A program made the position numbers and the translations under genes. A stretch of 64,000 bases of DNA from Actinomycetota bacterium (GTDB lineage: Bacteria; Actinomycetota; Actinomycetes; S36-B12). The stretch lies in contig JAUSNB010000014.1 in the NCBI GenBank assembly GCA_030645615.1, forward strand, positions 33,710 to 97,709, written 5' to 3'. A model generated the notes under the pieces. It was not told the origin of the DNA. It searched no databases and saw only the letters and a list, made by a program, of their open reading frames with translations. Of the stretch, positions 37,815-47,503 are shown piece by piece; the first letter of the stretch is position 1, and the number at the start of each line of letters is the position of its first letter.

Positions 37815-38696
37815 GTGCGCCCACGGCAGAGCACTGTCGGACGCCGAATCAAGCGAGGGGCCGTCGGCGCCCTGTGGGCCCTCGCCGGGGTCCTCCTGAC
37901 CGTCCTGATGTGGGAGCTCGTGAAATGGCTCGGCGGTGTCGTGTCGCTCCCCTTCAACACCAACGACCAGGCCATGCCGCACGTGTGGACCATGCTGCAG
38001 GGAGCCAGCAAGCCCGAGGTGCGCGGCTCGAGCACCACCGTGCTCCAGGCGGTGATCCAAGCGGCGGGCTACTCGCTGATGATCGCGCTGGGCGGCTTCG
38101 CGATCGGGGTCTTCGTCGGGCTCGTCCTCGCAATCGTCATGCAGCGGTTCGCCTTCATGGAGCGCGGGCTCCTTCCCTTCGTGATCGCCTCGCAGACCGT
38201 GCCCCTCATCGCGCTGGCTCCTCTCATCACCGGCATCGGCAACCGGATCAGCATCGGCCCGGTCCAGTGGAACACGACCTACTCGGTCATGTTCATCGCC
38301 GCGTACCTCGCCTTCTTCCCGCTCAGCGTCGGCGCACTGCGAGGCCTGCATGCCCCGACTCCCACGTCTCTCGAGCTCATGCGGTCCTACGCGGCGACCC
38401 CGCGGGCCACTCTCATCAAGCTGCGGTTCCCGGCGTCCATTCCCTACCTCGTGCCAGCGATGAAGGTCTCGGCCGCAGCCGCCGTCGTGGGCACCGTCGT
38501 CGCGGAGATCTCCACAGGGGTGCGCGGCGGCATCGGCCGGCTCATCCTGGAGTACTCACGGGAGGCGACGTCGCAGCCGGCGAAGGTCTACGTGGCCGTG
38601 TTCGGGGCCATCCTGCTTGGCCTGGTGGCGGCCGGCCTCGTCACGCTGATGGACCTCTACCTCACCCGCAACCTGCCCAAGGAGAGCCCCGCATGA
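37815..38696 (+). CDS. NitT/TauT-family ABC transporter permease
   Basis: SQTVPLIALAP, AFFP, VVAEI...GGIG. Confidence 0.9.
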   Translation: MRPRQSTVGRRIKRGAVGALWALAGVLLTVLMWELVKWLGGVVSLPFNTNDQAMPHVWTMLQGASKPEVRGSSTTVLQAVIQAAGYSLMIALGGFAIGVFVGLVLAIVMQRFAFMERGLLPFVIASQTVPLIALAPLITGIGNRISIGPVQWNTTYSVMFIAAYLAFFPLSVGALRGLHAPTPTSLELMRSYAATPRATLIKLRFPASIPYLVPAMKVSAAAAVVGTVVAEISTGVRGGIGRLILEYSREATSQPAKVYVAVFGAILLGLVAAGLVTLMDLYLTRNLPKESPA

Positions 38697-39511
38697 CCGC
38701 TCCTGCAATCGCCGATGCTGCCGTCCGCGCTTCAGGTGTCTGGAAGGTCTTCAACGAGGGTCTGCCGAACGAGGTCACCGCCCTGCAGGACATAGACCTC
38801 GCCGTCGGCCAGGGCGAGTTCGTGTCGCTGATCGGGCCGTCCGGGTGCGGGAAGAGCACCCTTCTGCGGGTCATCGCCGACCTCACCGAGCCCACCCAGG
38901 GCACCCTTGAAGTAGCGGGCATGTCGGCTGCTCAGGCCCGACAGGCGCAGCGCTACGGGATCGCCTTCCAGCAGGCGGCCCTCTTCGACTGGCGCACGGT
39001 CCGCCGGAATGTCGAGTTGCCCCTGGAACTGCAGGGCTGGGACAAGTCGCGGCGCCGTGCCCGGGCGATGGAGCTGCTGGAGATGGTGCAGTTGGCCGAC
39101 TTCGCCGAGCACCGGCCGTGGGAGCTTTCCGGCGGCATGCAGCAGCGGGTAGCGATCGCTCGCTCGCTTGCCGTCGACCCGCCGCTCCTCCTCATGGACG
39201 AGCCGTTCGGCGCCTTGGACGAGATGACCCGCGAGCGCATGCAGAATGAGTTGCTGCGCATCCGGCAGGAGACCGGGAAGTCGATCATCTTCGTCACGCA
39301 TTCGATCCCCGAAGCCGTCTACTTGTCCGACCGGGTCGTCGTCATGTCCCCCCGGCCGGGAAGGATCACGGACCTCATCGACGTGAGCCTGGGCCAGCGG
39401 AACGAGGACACGCGTGAGGCCGAGGCCTTCTTCGAAGGTGTCACGGCCGTGCGTGAGGCGTTGCGCGGCAATCCGTCCAGCGGCGCGCGCGCCCGGGTCG
39501 GCGAGGTGTGA
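38693..39511 (+). CDS. NitT/TauT-family ABC transporter ATP-binding protein
   Basis: GPSGCGKST, LSGGMQQR, MDEPFGALD, VTHSIPEA; ATGA overlap with permease. Confidence 0.94.
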   Translation: MTAPAIADAAVRASGVWKVFNEGLPNEVTALQDIDLAVGQGEFVSLIGPSGCGKSTLLRVIADLTEPTQGTLEVAGMSAAQARQAQRYGIAFQQAALFDWRTVRRNVELPLELQGWDKSRRRARAMELLEMVQLADFAEHRPWELSGGMQQRVAIARSLAVDPPLLLMDEPFGALDEMTRERMQNELLRIRQETGKSIIFVTHSIPEAVYLSDRVVVMSPRPGRITDLIDVSLGQRNEDTREAEAFFEGVTAVREALRGNPSSGARARVGEV

Positions 39512-40281
39512 TGAGCAGCCGGCTCCGGAGCATCTGGCCTCCGGTCCTCATCGCGATCATCGCCTTGGTGGGCTGGCAGTTGCTGGTCGTCGTGCGCGAA
39601 ATCCAGCCGTATCTGCTCCCGTCGCCCAGCCTGATCGCGTCGAACTTCTTCAAGGACTTGAGCCTCATGTGGGGCGCCGGCTTCTACACCGGCACGACGG
39701 CACTGCTCGGGCTCATGCTCGGAACGTTCCTCGGCATTCTCGCCTCGCTCCTGGCCCAGCGCTTCGTGGTCGTTAACAATCTGATCACACCGCTTGCCGC
39801 GGGGCTCGCTGCTGTGCCCATCATTGCCCTCACCCCGATCCTCAACAACATGTTCAACATCACGAGCCGGACCCCCCGTGTCCTGGTCACCACGATCATC
39901 GTGTTCTTCCCGATCTTCGTGAACCTGCTCCGGGGCCTGGTGCAGGTCCAGCCGGTGCAATTGGAGTTGATGCGGTCGATGAACGCCAGCCCGCGCACGG
40001 TGCTGCGGGTCCTGCGCATCCCCAATGCGATCCCGTTCTTCTTCACCGGGCTCAAGGTGGCCGCGCCGCTGGCCGTCATCGCCGCCCTCGTCGCGGAGTA
40101 CTTCGGCGGTCCGCAGGAGGGCTTGGGGGCGCGCATCGCCTCGAATGCCGCGAACACTGCCTATGGTCGGGCCTGGGCCTATGTCCTCGCGGCCATCATC
40201 ACGGGCCTGCTCTTCTACGTCACGGTCCTGCTGCTGGAGCGCTGGGCAGCTCCCTGGACCGCCCACAGGCGGTCCGCATGA
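39511..40281 (+). CDS. NitT/TauT-family ABC transporter permease
   Basis: LLPSP, FFPI, VAEYFGG..GLG. Confidence 0.9.
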   Translation: MSSRLRSIWPPVLIAIIALVGWQLLVVVREIQPYLLPSPSLIASNFFKDLSLMWGAGFYTGTTALLGLMLGTFLGILASLLAQRFVVVNNLITPLAAGLAAVPIIALTPILNNMFNITSRTPRVLVTTIIVFFPIFVNLLRGLVQVQPVQLELMRSMNASPRTVLRVLRIPNAIPFFFTGLKVAAPLAVIAALVAEYFGGPQEGLGARIASNAANTAYGRAWAYVLAAIITGLLFYVTVLLLERWAAPWTAHRRSA

Positions 40282-40328
40282 CCCCCGGCAAGGCACGACT
40301 CATGCAACACACCAACCAAGGAGGAAGA

Positions 40329-41558
40329 ATGCGTCACACCGCTCGCAGTCGATGGGCAGCCCTTACGGGCATTGCCGTCGTCGGCGCCCTAGCACTGTCC
40401 GCCTGCGGAAGCAGCTCCAGCACCACGGAGTCGTCTGCGGAGGCACCGGCGGCGTCGGCCGCGGCGGAGTCCCCCGCTGCCGAGTCATCGGCTGCCGCCG
40501 AGTCACCCGCGGCCGAGGAGTGCACGACCCCGACCCCGGTCAACCTCCAGTTGCAGTGGGTGGCCCAGGCGCAGTTCGCGGGCTACTACGCCGCGAAGGA
40601 GTTGGGGTACTACGCCGAGCAGTGCCTCGACGTGACCATCCTCGAGGGCGGCGTCGACATCGTGCCGCAGACCGTGCTCGCCCAGGGCGGCGCGGACTTC
40701 GCCATTTCGTGGGTGCCCAAGGCGCTCGCCTCGCGCGAGCAGGGCGCGAACATCACCAACGTGGCCCAGGTCTTCCAGCGCTCGGGCACGCTGCAGGTGT
40801 CGTTCAAGGACAGGAACATCACCACGGCGGCTGACTTCAAGGGCAAGAAGATCGGCAACTGGGGCTTCGGCAACGAGTACGAGGTCTTCGCGGCGATCAC
40901 CAAGGCGGGACTCGACCCGGCCGCCGACGTCGAGCTGGTGCAGCAGCAGTTCGACATGGCTGCTCTCCTCAACGGTGAGATCGACGCCGCCGAGGCCATG
41001 ACGTACAACGAGTACGCCCAGGTCCTCGAGGCCATCAACCCCGCCACGGGCGCGCTCTACACGCCCGAGGACTTCAACGTCGTCGACTACAACGTCGAAG
41101 GTGTGGCCATGTACCAGGACGCGATCTGGGCCTCCACCGAGCGCCTGGCCGACCCCGCGTACCAGGACCTGACCCAGAAGTTCGTGACCGCGTCGCTGCA
41201 GGGCTGGATCCACTGCCGTGACAACGCTCAGGAGTGCGCGGACATCGTCCTCGCCGCCGGCACCAAGCTGGGCGCGAGCCACCAACTGTGGCAGATGAAC
41301 GAGGTCAACAAACTCATCTGGCCGTCGCCGCTGGGCGTCGGGGTCAGCGACCCGGCCATGTGGGAGCAGACCGTGACGGTCGCGCTGAACACGAAGAACC
41401 TCGAGGGAGCGACCATCATCACCGTCGATCCATCGGCCGAGGCGGACACCACGCAGTTCTCGGTAGCCGCGAACGAGGCCCTTGCCGGCATGGGGCTGAA
41501 CACGACGGGTGACGCGTTCGCGCCGATCTCGGTCACCCTCACGGAGGGTGGCAACTAG
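40329..41558 (+). CDS. ABC substrate-binding lipoprotein, NMT1/THI5-like (probable pyrimidine binder)
   Basis: Lipobox LSAC, Ala/Glu/Ser linker, LQLQWVAQAQFAGYYAA, AMTYNE; SD AAGGAGG. Confidence 0.9.
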   Translation: MRHTARSRWAALTGIAVVGALALSACGSSSSTTESSAEAPAASAAAESPAAESSAAAESPAAEECTTPTPVNLQLQWVAQAQFAGYYAAKELGYYAEQCLDVTILEGGVDIVPQTVLAQGGADFAISWVPKALASREQGANITNVAQVFQRSGTLQVSFKDRNITTAADFKGKKIGNWGFGNEYEVFAAITKAGLDPAADVELVQQQFDMAALLNGEIDAAEAMTYNEYAQVLEAINPATGALYTPEDFNVVDYNVEGVAMYQDAIWASTERLADPAYQDLTQKFVTASLQGWIHCRDNAQECADIVLAAGTKLGASHQLWQMNEVNKLIWPSPLGVGVSDPAMWEQTVTVALNTKNLEGATIITVDPSAEADTTQFSVAANEALAGMGLNTTGDAFAPISVTLTEGGN

Positions 41559-41568
41559 CACGGGGAGC

Positions 41569-41604
41569 CAAGGGGGCCGGTGGCGGTTGCCACCGGCCCC
41601 CTTG
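41569..41604 (+). terminator. Intrinsic terminator-like hairpin ending the pyrimidine operon
   Basis: Perfect 16-bp stem CAAGGGGGCCGGTGGC / GCCACCGGCCCCCTTG, 4-nt loop, 10 nt after the stop. Confidence 0.8.
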
Positions 41605-41714
41605 CGCGTCCGAACCGGTCCGCCTCGGCCAAGTTCTCCCGTGTCGGTGGCGGGGTCCTGTGGCAGCCGTCACACTGTGGCCGTCCGATCGTCCACCGAC
41701 ACGAGGAGCCGTGC

Positions 41715-43262
41715 GTGATCGTCCACACCAGCCCGTACCCCGACCGCGAGATCCCCGCCATCCCGATCACCGAGTTCGTCCTTCAGGCAGCCGGGCGCCA
41801 CCCCGACCGCCCGGCGCTGATCGATGGGCCCACGGGCCGGACGTACACGTACGGACAGCTCGGTGGCCTCATTGCGTCGTTCGCGGGCGGACTGGCCGCG
41901 CGAGGCATGGGTGTTGGCGACACCATCGCGCTCATGGCTCCGAACATCCCTGAATTCGCGCTGGTCTTCCACGGCGCGGCCGTGGCCGGGGTGGCGGTCA
42001 GCACGGTCAACCCCACCTACACCCCCGACGAGGTGAGGTTCCAGCTCAACGACTCGCGCGCCACCATGCTCATCACCATCGCCCTGTTCGCCGACACCGC
42101 GAAGGAGGCGATCGTCGGGACATCCTGCACGGACATCTTCATCATCGGCGACCCGCCCGAGGGCATGGAGTCGGTCATGTCGCTGTTCGGCGCCCCCATC
42201 GAGCAAGTGCAGGTGGACACCGCCGAGCAGGTCGTCGTCCTGCCCTATTCCTCGGGCACGACCGGGCTGCCCAAGGGCGTCATGCTCACGCACCGCAACC
42301 TCGTCGCCAACCTCGTGCAGACGGAGGACTTCCTCCCGATCGAGGACGGGGAGATCGTGCTCGCCGTCCTGCCGTTCTTCCACATCTATGGCATGCAGGT
42401 GCTCATGAACAAGTTCCTGTCCGTGGGCGCCACCATCGTCACGCTCCCGCGCTTCGACCTCGAGCAGGCCCTGAGCATCATCCAGGAGCGGCGGATCACG
42501 CGGTTCTTCGTCGTCCCGCCGATCGTCCTTGCGCTGGCCAAGCACCCGCTCATCGACCAATACGACCTCACCAGCCTCCGGCAGGTGTTCTCCGGCGCTG
42601 CCCCCCTCTCGGCCAGCCTGGCCGACGAGGCCGCGGCCCGGATCGATTGCGAGGTCGTGCAGGGATTCGGGATGACCGAGCTCAGCCCCGTCAGCCATGC
42701 CTCGTCGCCCGAGTACGCCAAGGCAGGGACGGTCGGCGTGACGATCGCTGGCACGGAGTGCCGGATCGTCGACCCGGAGACCGGCGAGGACCAGGACGTC
42801 GGCGGGGTCGGCGAGATGTGGGTCCGCGGCCCGCAGGTCATGAAGGGCTACCTCAACAACCCGCAGGCGACCGAGATCACGATCGTCGAGGACGGGTGGC
42901 TGCGCACGGGCGACATCGGCACGATCGATGACGAGGGGTACGTCACGATCGTCGACCGGCTCAAGGAACTGATCAAGTACAAGGCGTTCCAGGTGGCGCC
43001 GGCGGAACTCGAGGCCCTCCTGCTCACGCATCCGGCCATCGCCGACGCCGCGGTCATCGGGGTCCCGGACGACGAGGCTGGCGAGATCCCGCGCGCCTTC
43101 GTGGTCCTGCGGCCGGGCCAGGATCTCACTGCGCAGGACGTCACCGAGTTCATGCAGGGCAAGGTGGCGACCTACAAGGTCATCCACGACATCGTCATCA
43201 TCGACGAGATCCCGAAGTCGGCCTCCGGCAAGATCCTGCGACGGCTGCTCCGCGACGCCTGA
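41715..43262 (+). CDS. 4-coumarate--CoA ligase-like AMP-dependent acyl-CoA synthetase
   Basis: YSSGTTGLPKG, LPFFHIYG, QGFGMTE, LRTGD, PKSASGKILRR; GTG start with GAGGAG. Confidence 0.92.
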   Translation: MIVHTSPYPDREIPAIPITEFVLQAAGRHPDRPALIDGPTGRTYTYGQLGGLIASFAGGLAARGMGVGDTIALMAPNIPEFALVFHGAAVAGVAVSTVNPTYTPDEVRFQLNDSRATMLITIALFADTAKEAIVGTSCTDIFIIGDPPEGMESVMSLFGAPIEQVQVDTAEQVVVLPYSSGTTGLPKGVMLTHRNLVANLVQTEDFLPIEDGEIVLAVLPFFHIYGMQVLMNKFLSVGATIVTLPRFDLEQALSIIQERRITRFFVVPPIVLALAKHPLIDQYDLTSLRQVFSGAAPLSASLADEAAARIDCEVVQGFGMTELSPVSHASSPEYAKAGTVGVTIAGTECRIVDPETGEDQDVGGVGEMWVRGPQVMKGYLNNPQATEITIVEDGWLRTGDIGTIDDEGYVTIVDRLKELIKYKAFQVAPAELEALLLTHPAIADAAVIGVPDDEAGEIPRAFVVLRPGQDLTAQDVTEFMQGKVATYKVIHDIVIIDEIPKSASGKILRRLLRDA

Positions 43263-43279
43263 CCTCCCCCGGCGCTGTT

Positions 43280-43335
43280 GAGAGGCCAGCCGTGGGGGTC
43301 GTCGGCCGCAGGCCGACCCCCACGGCTGGCCTCTC
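43280..43335. terminator. Bidirectional terminator-like hairpin between convergent genes
   Basis: Perfect 22-bp stem GAGAGGCCAGCCGTGGGGGTCG / CGACCCCCACGGCTGGCCTCTC. Confidence 0.82.
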
Positions 43336-43358
43336 GCCGATCGATCGACGGGGAAGGG

Positions 43359-44807
43359 TCAGCTGTCGAGTGATGCCATGACGTGCTTGATGCGCGTGTA
43401 GTCCTCGAACCCGTACATCGACAGGTCCTTGCCGTACCCGCTGTGCTTGAAGCCGCCGTGCGGCATCTCCGCCACCAGCGGGATGTGGGTATTGATCCAC
43501 ACGCAGCCGAAGTCGAGGTACTTGGCCATGCGCATGGCGCGGCCGAAGTCCTTCGTCCAGACGCTCGAGGCCAGCCCGTACTCGACCCCGTTTGCCCACG
43601 CGAGGGCCTCGGCCTCGTCGCTGAACCGCTGGATGGTGACCACCGGCCCGAAGATCTCGTTCTGGATCATCTCGTCGTCCTGCCGTAGGTCGGCAACGAC
43701 CGTGGGCTCGATGAAGTAGCCGCGATCACCTTGCCGGGCACCTCCCGCGACCACCTGGGCATGCTTGGGCGCCCGGTCGATGAAGCCGAGCACGCGCTCC
43801 AACTGAGCGGCGTTGTTGACGGGTGGCACGAGGGCCTCTCCCCCGGGTCCGTCCGCGAACGTCGTCTGCGTCGCCTTGGCCTGCTCCGCGATGGCCGCGA
43901 CGAAGTCGTCGTAGACCTTGGGCCCCACGATCATGCGGGTGGCAGCCGTGCAGTCCGGGCCGGCGTTGAAGTAGCCGGCCACGGCGAGCCACTCAGCGGC
44001 GGCCGCCACATCGGCGTCGTCGAAGATGACGACCGGGGCCTTGCCGCCGAGCTCGAGATGGACCCGCTTGACGTCCTTGGCCGCGGACTCCGCCACCTGC
44101 ATCCCCGCCCGGACGGATCCGGTGATCGACACCATCTGCGGGGTACGGTGCTCGACGAGCGCCCGGCCGGTGTCGCGGTCCCCGCATACGACATTCATGA
44201 CCCCGGGCGGCAGCGCACCGGACTCGGCGATGATCTGGGCCATCCGGACCGTGGACACAGGGGTCGTGTCACTGGGCTTGACCACGACCGTGTTGCCTGC
44301 CGCGATGGCGGGCGCCCATTTCCAGACGGCCATCATCATCGGGTAGTTCCACGGCGTGACCTGGCCGATGACGCCGACCGGCTCGCGGCGGATGATGGAC
44401 GTGAATCCCGCCATGTACTCGCCCGCGGCACGCCCCTCGAGGACTCGTGCCGCACCGGCGAAGAACCGGATCTGGTCGATCATCGGTGGGATCTCCTCGG
44501 CCATCGTGACCGCAATCGGCTTGCCGGTGTTCTGGCTCTCGAGCGCCACGAGCTCGTCGGCGTGCGACTCCAGGGCGTCGGCAATCGTGAGCAGGGCACG
44601 CTGCCGCTCCGACGGGGTGCTGTCCCGCCAGGCGGTGAAGGCCGCAGCGGCAGTCTGGTAGGCCAGGTCGACGTCGGCGGGCCCGCTGACCGCTGCCGTG
44701 CCGAACACCTCGCCCGTGGAAGGGTTGTAGAGGTCGCTCGTGGCACCGTCGATGGCGTCGACGCTCTCGCCGTTGATGACGTTTCGAATGATCCGCTTGT
44801 CGCTCAC
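43359..44807 (-). CDS. Gamma-aminobutyraldehyde dehydrogenase-like ALDH (copy 2)
   Basis: [44 protein letters not shown]; GTG start 44807. Confidence 0.9.
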   Translation of the reverse strand: MSDKRIIRNVINGESVDAIDGATSDLYNPSTGEVFGTAAVSGPADVDLAYQTAAAAFTAWRDSTPSERQRALLTIADALESHADELVALESQNTGKPIAVTMAEEIPPMIDQIRFFAGAARVLEGRAAGEYMAGFTSIIRREPVGVIGQVTPWNYPMMMAVWKWAPAIAAGNTVVVKPSDTTPVSTVRMAQIIAESGALPPGVMNVVCGDRDTGRALVEHRTPQMVSITGSVRAGMQVAESAAKDVKRVHLELGGKAPVVIFDDADVAAAAEWLAVAGYFNAGPDCTAATRMIVGPKVYDDFVAAIAEQAKATQTTFADGPGGEALVPPVNNAAQLERVLGFIDRAPKHAQVVAGGARQGDRGYFIEPTVVADLRQDDEMIQNEIFGPVVTIQRFSDEAEALAWANGVEYGLASSVWTKDFGRAMRMAKYLDFGCVWINTHIPLVAEMPHGGFKHSGYGKDLSMYGFEDYTRIKHVMASLDS

Positions 44808-44860
44808 GCCGCTCGTCTCCCGGTCTCGCGTGGTCAGTGCGGAAAGCCTAGTCGACCTCT

Positions 44861-44935
44861 TGCGGAATCTGCATCGGATACGCCCATCGCGTGCGGATTT
44901 CGCGGCACAGCGACCCCTGCGCCGCGAAATCACTT
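44861..44935. promoter_or_regulatory. Putative Lrp/AsnC binding sites with 31-bp periodicity
   Basis: TGCGGAATCTGCA 44861, TGCGGATTTCGCG 44892, CGCGAAATCACTT 44923, in the divergent ALDH/lrp intergenic region. Confidence 0.6.
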
Positions 44936-44970
44936 GCCATGGCCCGGTTCGGTGGCCCATGATGGCGCCC

Positions 44971-45444
44971 ATGCCGCCTCGCGAGCGAACCGCCAGCAGC
45001 CCCCTGGATGACGTCTCCAAGGCCATCATCGAGCAGCTGCAGCAGGACGGCCGTCGTCCCTATGCAGCGATCGGCAAGGCGGTCGGCTTGTCCGAGGCGG
45101 CCGTGCGCCAACGGGTCCAGCGACTGCAGGACACCGGGATCATGCAGATCGTCGCGGTCACCGACCCGCTGCAGGTCGGCTTCGCGCGCGCCGCCATGAT
45201 CGGCATCCGGGTGGACGGCGACGCCGAGGCCGTGGCCGATGAGCTCGAGGAGATGCCCGAGGTCGACTACCTCGTCGTGTGCGCCGGCTCGTTCGACATC
45301 CTCGCCGAGATCGTGGCCGAGGACGACGAGCACCTGCTCGAGCTCAGCAACCGCCGCATCCGCGCGATCACGGGGGTCCGGTCGACCGAGACCTTCGTCT
45401 ACCTCAAGCTCCGCAAGCAGCTCTACAACTGGGGGACCCGATGA
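44971..45444 (+). CDS. Lrp/AsnC family transcriptional regulator
   Basis: [46 protein letters not shown]; CATGAT-N7-ATG. Confidence 0.95.
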   Translation: MPPRERTASSPLDDVSKAIIEQLQQDGRRPYAAIGKAVGLSEAAVRQRVQRLQDTGIMQIVAVTDPLQVGFARAAMIGIRVDGDAEAVADELEEMPEVDYLVVCAGSFDILAEIVAEDDEHLLELSNRRIRAITGVRSTETFVYLKLRKQLYNWGTR

Positions 45445-46844
45445 CTCTCTCGCCGCAGCCCATCACCGAGGCAGGCGACGACCGGCTCGCCGACAGCGCT
45501 CGCGACCACCTGTGGATGCACTTCACCAGGCACTCGCACTACTACGACGGCTCGGGTCACGTGCCGGTGATCGTTCGCGGCGAGGGTGCCTACATCTGGG
45601 ACGACCAGGGCAACCGCTACCTCGACGGCCTCTCCGGCCTGTTCACCGTCCAGGCCGGCCACGGGCGTACCGAGCTGGCGCAGGCCGCGGCCACGCAGGC
45701 AGGCGAGCTCGCCTACTTCCCCATCTGGTCCTACGCCCACCCCCGCGCTATCGAGCTCGCCGAGCGACTGGCCCACTACGCCCCTGGCGACCTCAACCGG
45801 GTCTTCTTCACCACGAGCGGCGGCGAGGCGGTCGAGTCCGCCTGGAAGCTGGCCAAGCAGTACTTCAAGATCACCGGCAAGCCAAGCAAGCACAAGGTGA
45901 TCAGCCGCAACATCGCCTACCACGGCACGCCCCAGGGTGCCTTGTCGATCACCGGGATCCCGGCCGCGAAGGTCCCGTTCGAACCGCTGGTGCCCGGTGG
46001 CGTGAAGGTCCCCAACACCAACTTCTACCGCGCCCCCGAGGAGTACCGGCACGACGAGAAGGCCTTCGGGCTCTGGGCGGCCGACCGCATCGCCGAGGCG
46101 ATCGAGTTCGAGGGTCCCGAGAGCGTGGCCGCCGTGTTCCTCGAGCCGGTGCAGAATTCCGGCGGCTGCTTCCCGCCGCCGCCCGGCTACCTCGAGCGGG
46201 TCCGCGAGATCTGCGACCGGTACGACGTGCTTATGGTCGCGGACGAGACCATCACGTCCTTCGGCCGGATCGGCGAGATGTTCGCGATGACACGGTTCGG
46301 AGTCACGCCCGACATCATCACGTGCGCGAAGGGCATGACCTCGGGGTACTCCCCGTTGGGAGCGATGATCACCAGCGAGCGGCTCTTCGAGCCCTTCAAG
46401 CACGGCACGAACACCTTCCTGCACGGCTACACCTGGGGCGGCCATCCCGTGTCCGCGGCCGTCGCCCTGGCCAACCTGGACATCTTCGAGCGCGAGGGCC
46501 TCAACGAGCACGTGCGCGACAACGAGGCCGCCTTCCGGCACACCCTTGAGCGGCTGCACGACCTGCCGATCGTCGGCGACGTCCGTGGAGCCGGGTTCTT
46601 CTACGGGATCGAGCTGGTCAAGGACAAGGTGACCCGCGAGACCTTCAACGACGACGAGGCTGAGCGGCTGCTGCGCGGCTTCCTCAGCAAGGCGCTGTTC
46701 GACGCCGGCCTGTACTGCCGCGCGGATGACCGCGGTGACCCGGTGGTTCAGTTGGCCCCCCCGCTGGTCATCGGACAGCCCGAGTTCGACGAGATCGAGC
46801 AGATCCTGCGCACGGTCCTCACCGAGGCCTGGTCCATCCTGTGA
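45441..46844 (+). CDS. Class III PLP aminotransferase (polyamine/beta-alanine type)
   Basis: LWMHFT, YLDGLSGL, SGGEAVE, EPVQNSGG, AKGMTSGY, HGYTWGGHP; ATGA overlap with lrp. Confidence 0.93.
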   Translation: MTLSPQPITEAGDDRLADSARDHLWMHFTRHSHYYDGSGHVPVIVRGEGAYIWDDQGNRYLDGLSGLFTVQAGHGRTELAQAAATQAGELAYFPIWSYAHPRAIELAERLAHYAPGDLNRVFFTTSGGEAVESAWKLAKQYFKITGKPSKHKVISRNIAYHGTPQGALSITGIPAAKVPFEPLVPGGVKVPNTNFYRAPEEYRHDEKAFGLWAADRIAEAIEFEGPESVAAVFLEPVQNSGGCFPPPPGYLERVREICDRYDVLMVADETITSFGRIGEMFAMTRFGVTPDIITCAKGMTSGYSPLGAMITSERLFEPFKHGTNTFLHGYTWGGHPVSAAVALANLDIFEREGLNEHVRDNEAAFRHTLERLHDLPIVGDVRGAGFFYGIELVKDKVTRETFNDDEAERLLRGFLSKALFDAGLYCRADDRGDPVVQLAPPLVIGQPEFDEIEQILRTVLTEAWSIL

Positions 46845-47503
46845 CCTCGCGGCCGGGAGGCACCGAGCGCACCCGCGGCCGCCGACTGGCTGATCGCGCG
46901 GTCACGGAGACCGCCGCGCTCCACGCTGTCCTCGACGCAGGACTCGTCGCGCACGTCGGGGTCGTCGACGACGATCAGCCGTTCGTCCTTCCCATGGGAT
47001 ACGCCCGCCTGGGCGACGACCTCATCCTGCACGGGTCCACCGGGTCCCGCCTGATGCGATGCCTCGCCGCCGGAGCACCGGTGTGCGTGACGGTGACCCT
47101 GCTGGACGGCATGGTGCTCGCCCGAAGCGCCTTTGAGTCCAGCATGAACTACCGCAGCGCCATGGTCCTTGGCGTGGCCAGGCGCCTGGACGGCGACGCG
47201 GAGCTCGCCGCGCTTCGAGCCCTCTCCGACCACCTGCTCCCGGGCCGATGGGATGACATCAGGCCGCCGTCGGCCAAGGAGCGGGCCGCGACCATGACGT
47301 TGGCCCTTCCGCTGGCGGAGTGCTCGGTCAAGATCCGCACCGGCGGCCCTGACGACGACCCTGCCGACCTCGTTGATCCGATGTACGCCGGCACCTGGGC
47401 CGGTGAGGTCCCCCTCGAAGCCTCGTTCGGGACGCCCGTGCCAGAGCCGGCGTCCGCCCTGTCGCCCGTGCCGGACTATGTGTCCCAGTGGGGCAGGGCG
47501 TGA
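46841..47503 (+). CDS. Pyridoxamine 5'-phosphate oxidase family flavin-binding protein
   Basis: LHGSTGSRL, LDGMVLARSAF, SMNYRSA, WAG; GTGA overlaps on both sides. Confidence 0.88.
   Translation: MTSRPGGTERTRGRRLADRAVTETAALHAVLDAGLVAHVGVVDDDQPFVLPMGYARLGDDLILHGSTGSRLMRCLAAGAPVCVTVTLLDGMVLARSAFESSMNYRSAMVLGVARRLDGDAELAALRALSDHLLPGRWDDIRPPSAKERAATMTLALPLAECSVKIRTGGPDDDPADLVDPMYAGTWAGEVPLEASFGTPVPEPASALSPVPDYVSQWGRA

Noticed and set aside
41642-41663. TGTCGGTG resembling the PafBC/RecA-NDp promoter motif
   Set aside because: No TANNNT at the required spacing on either strand.
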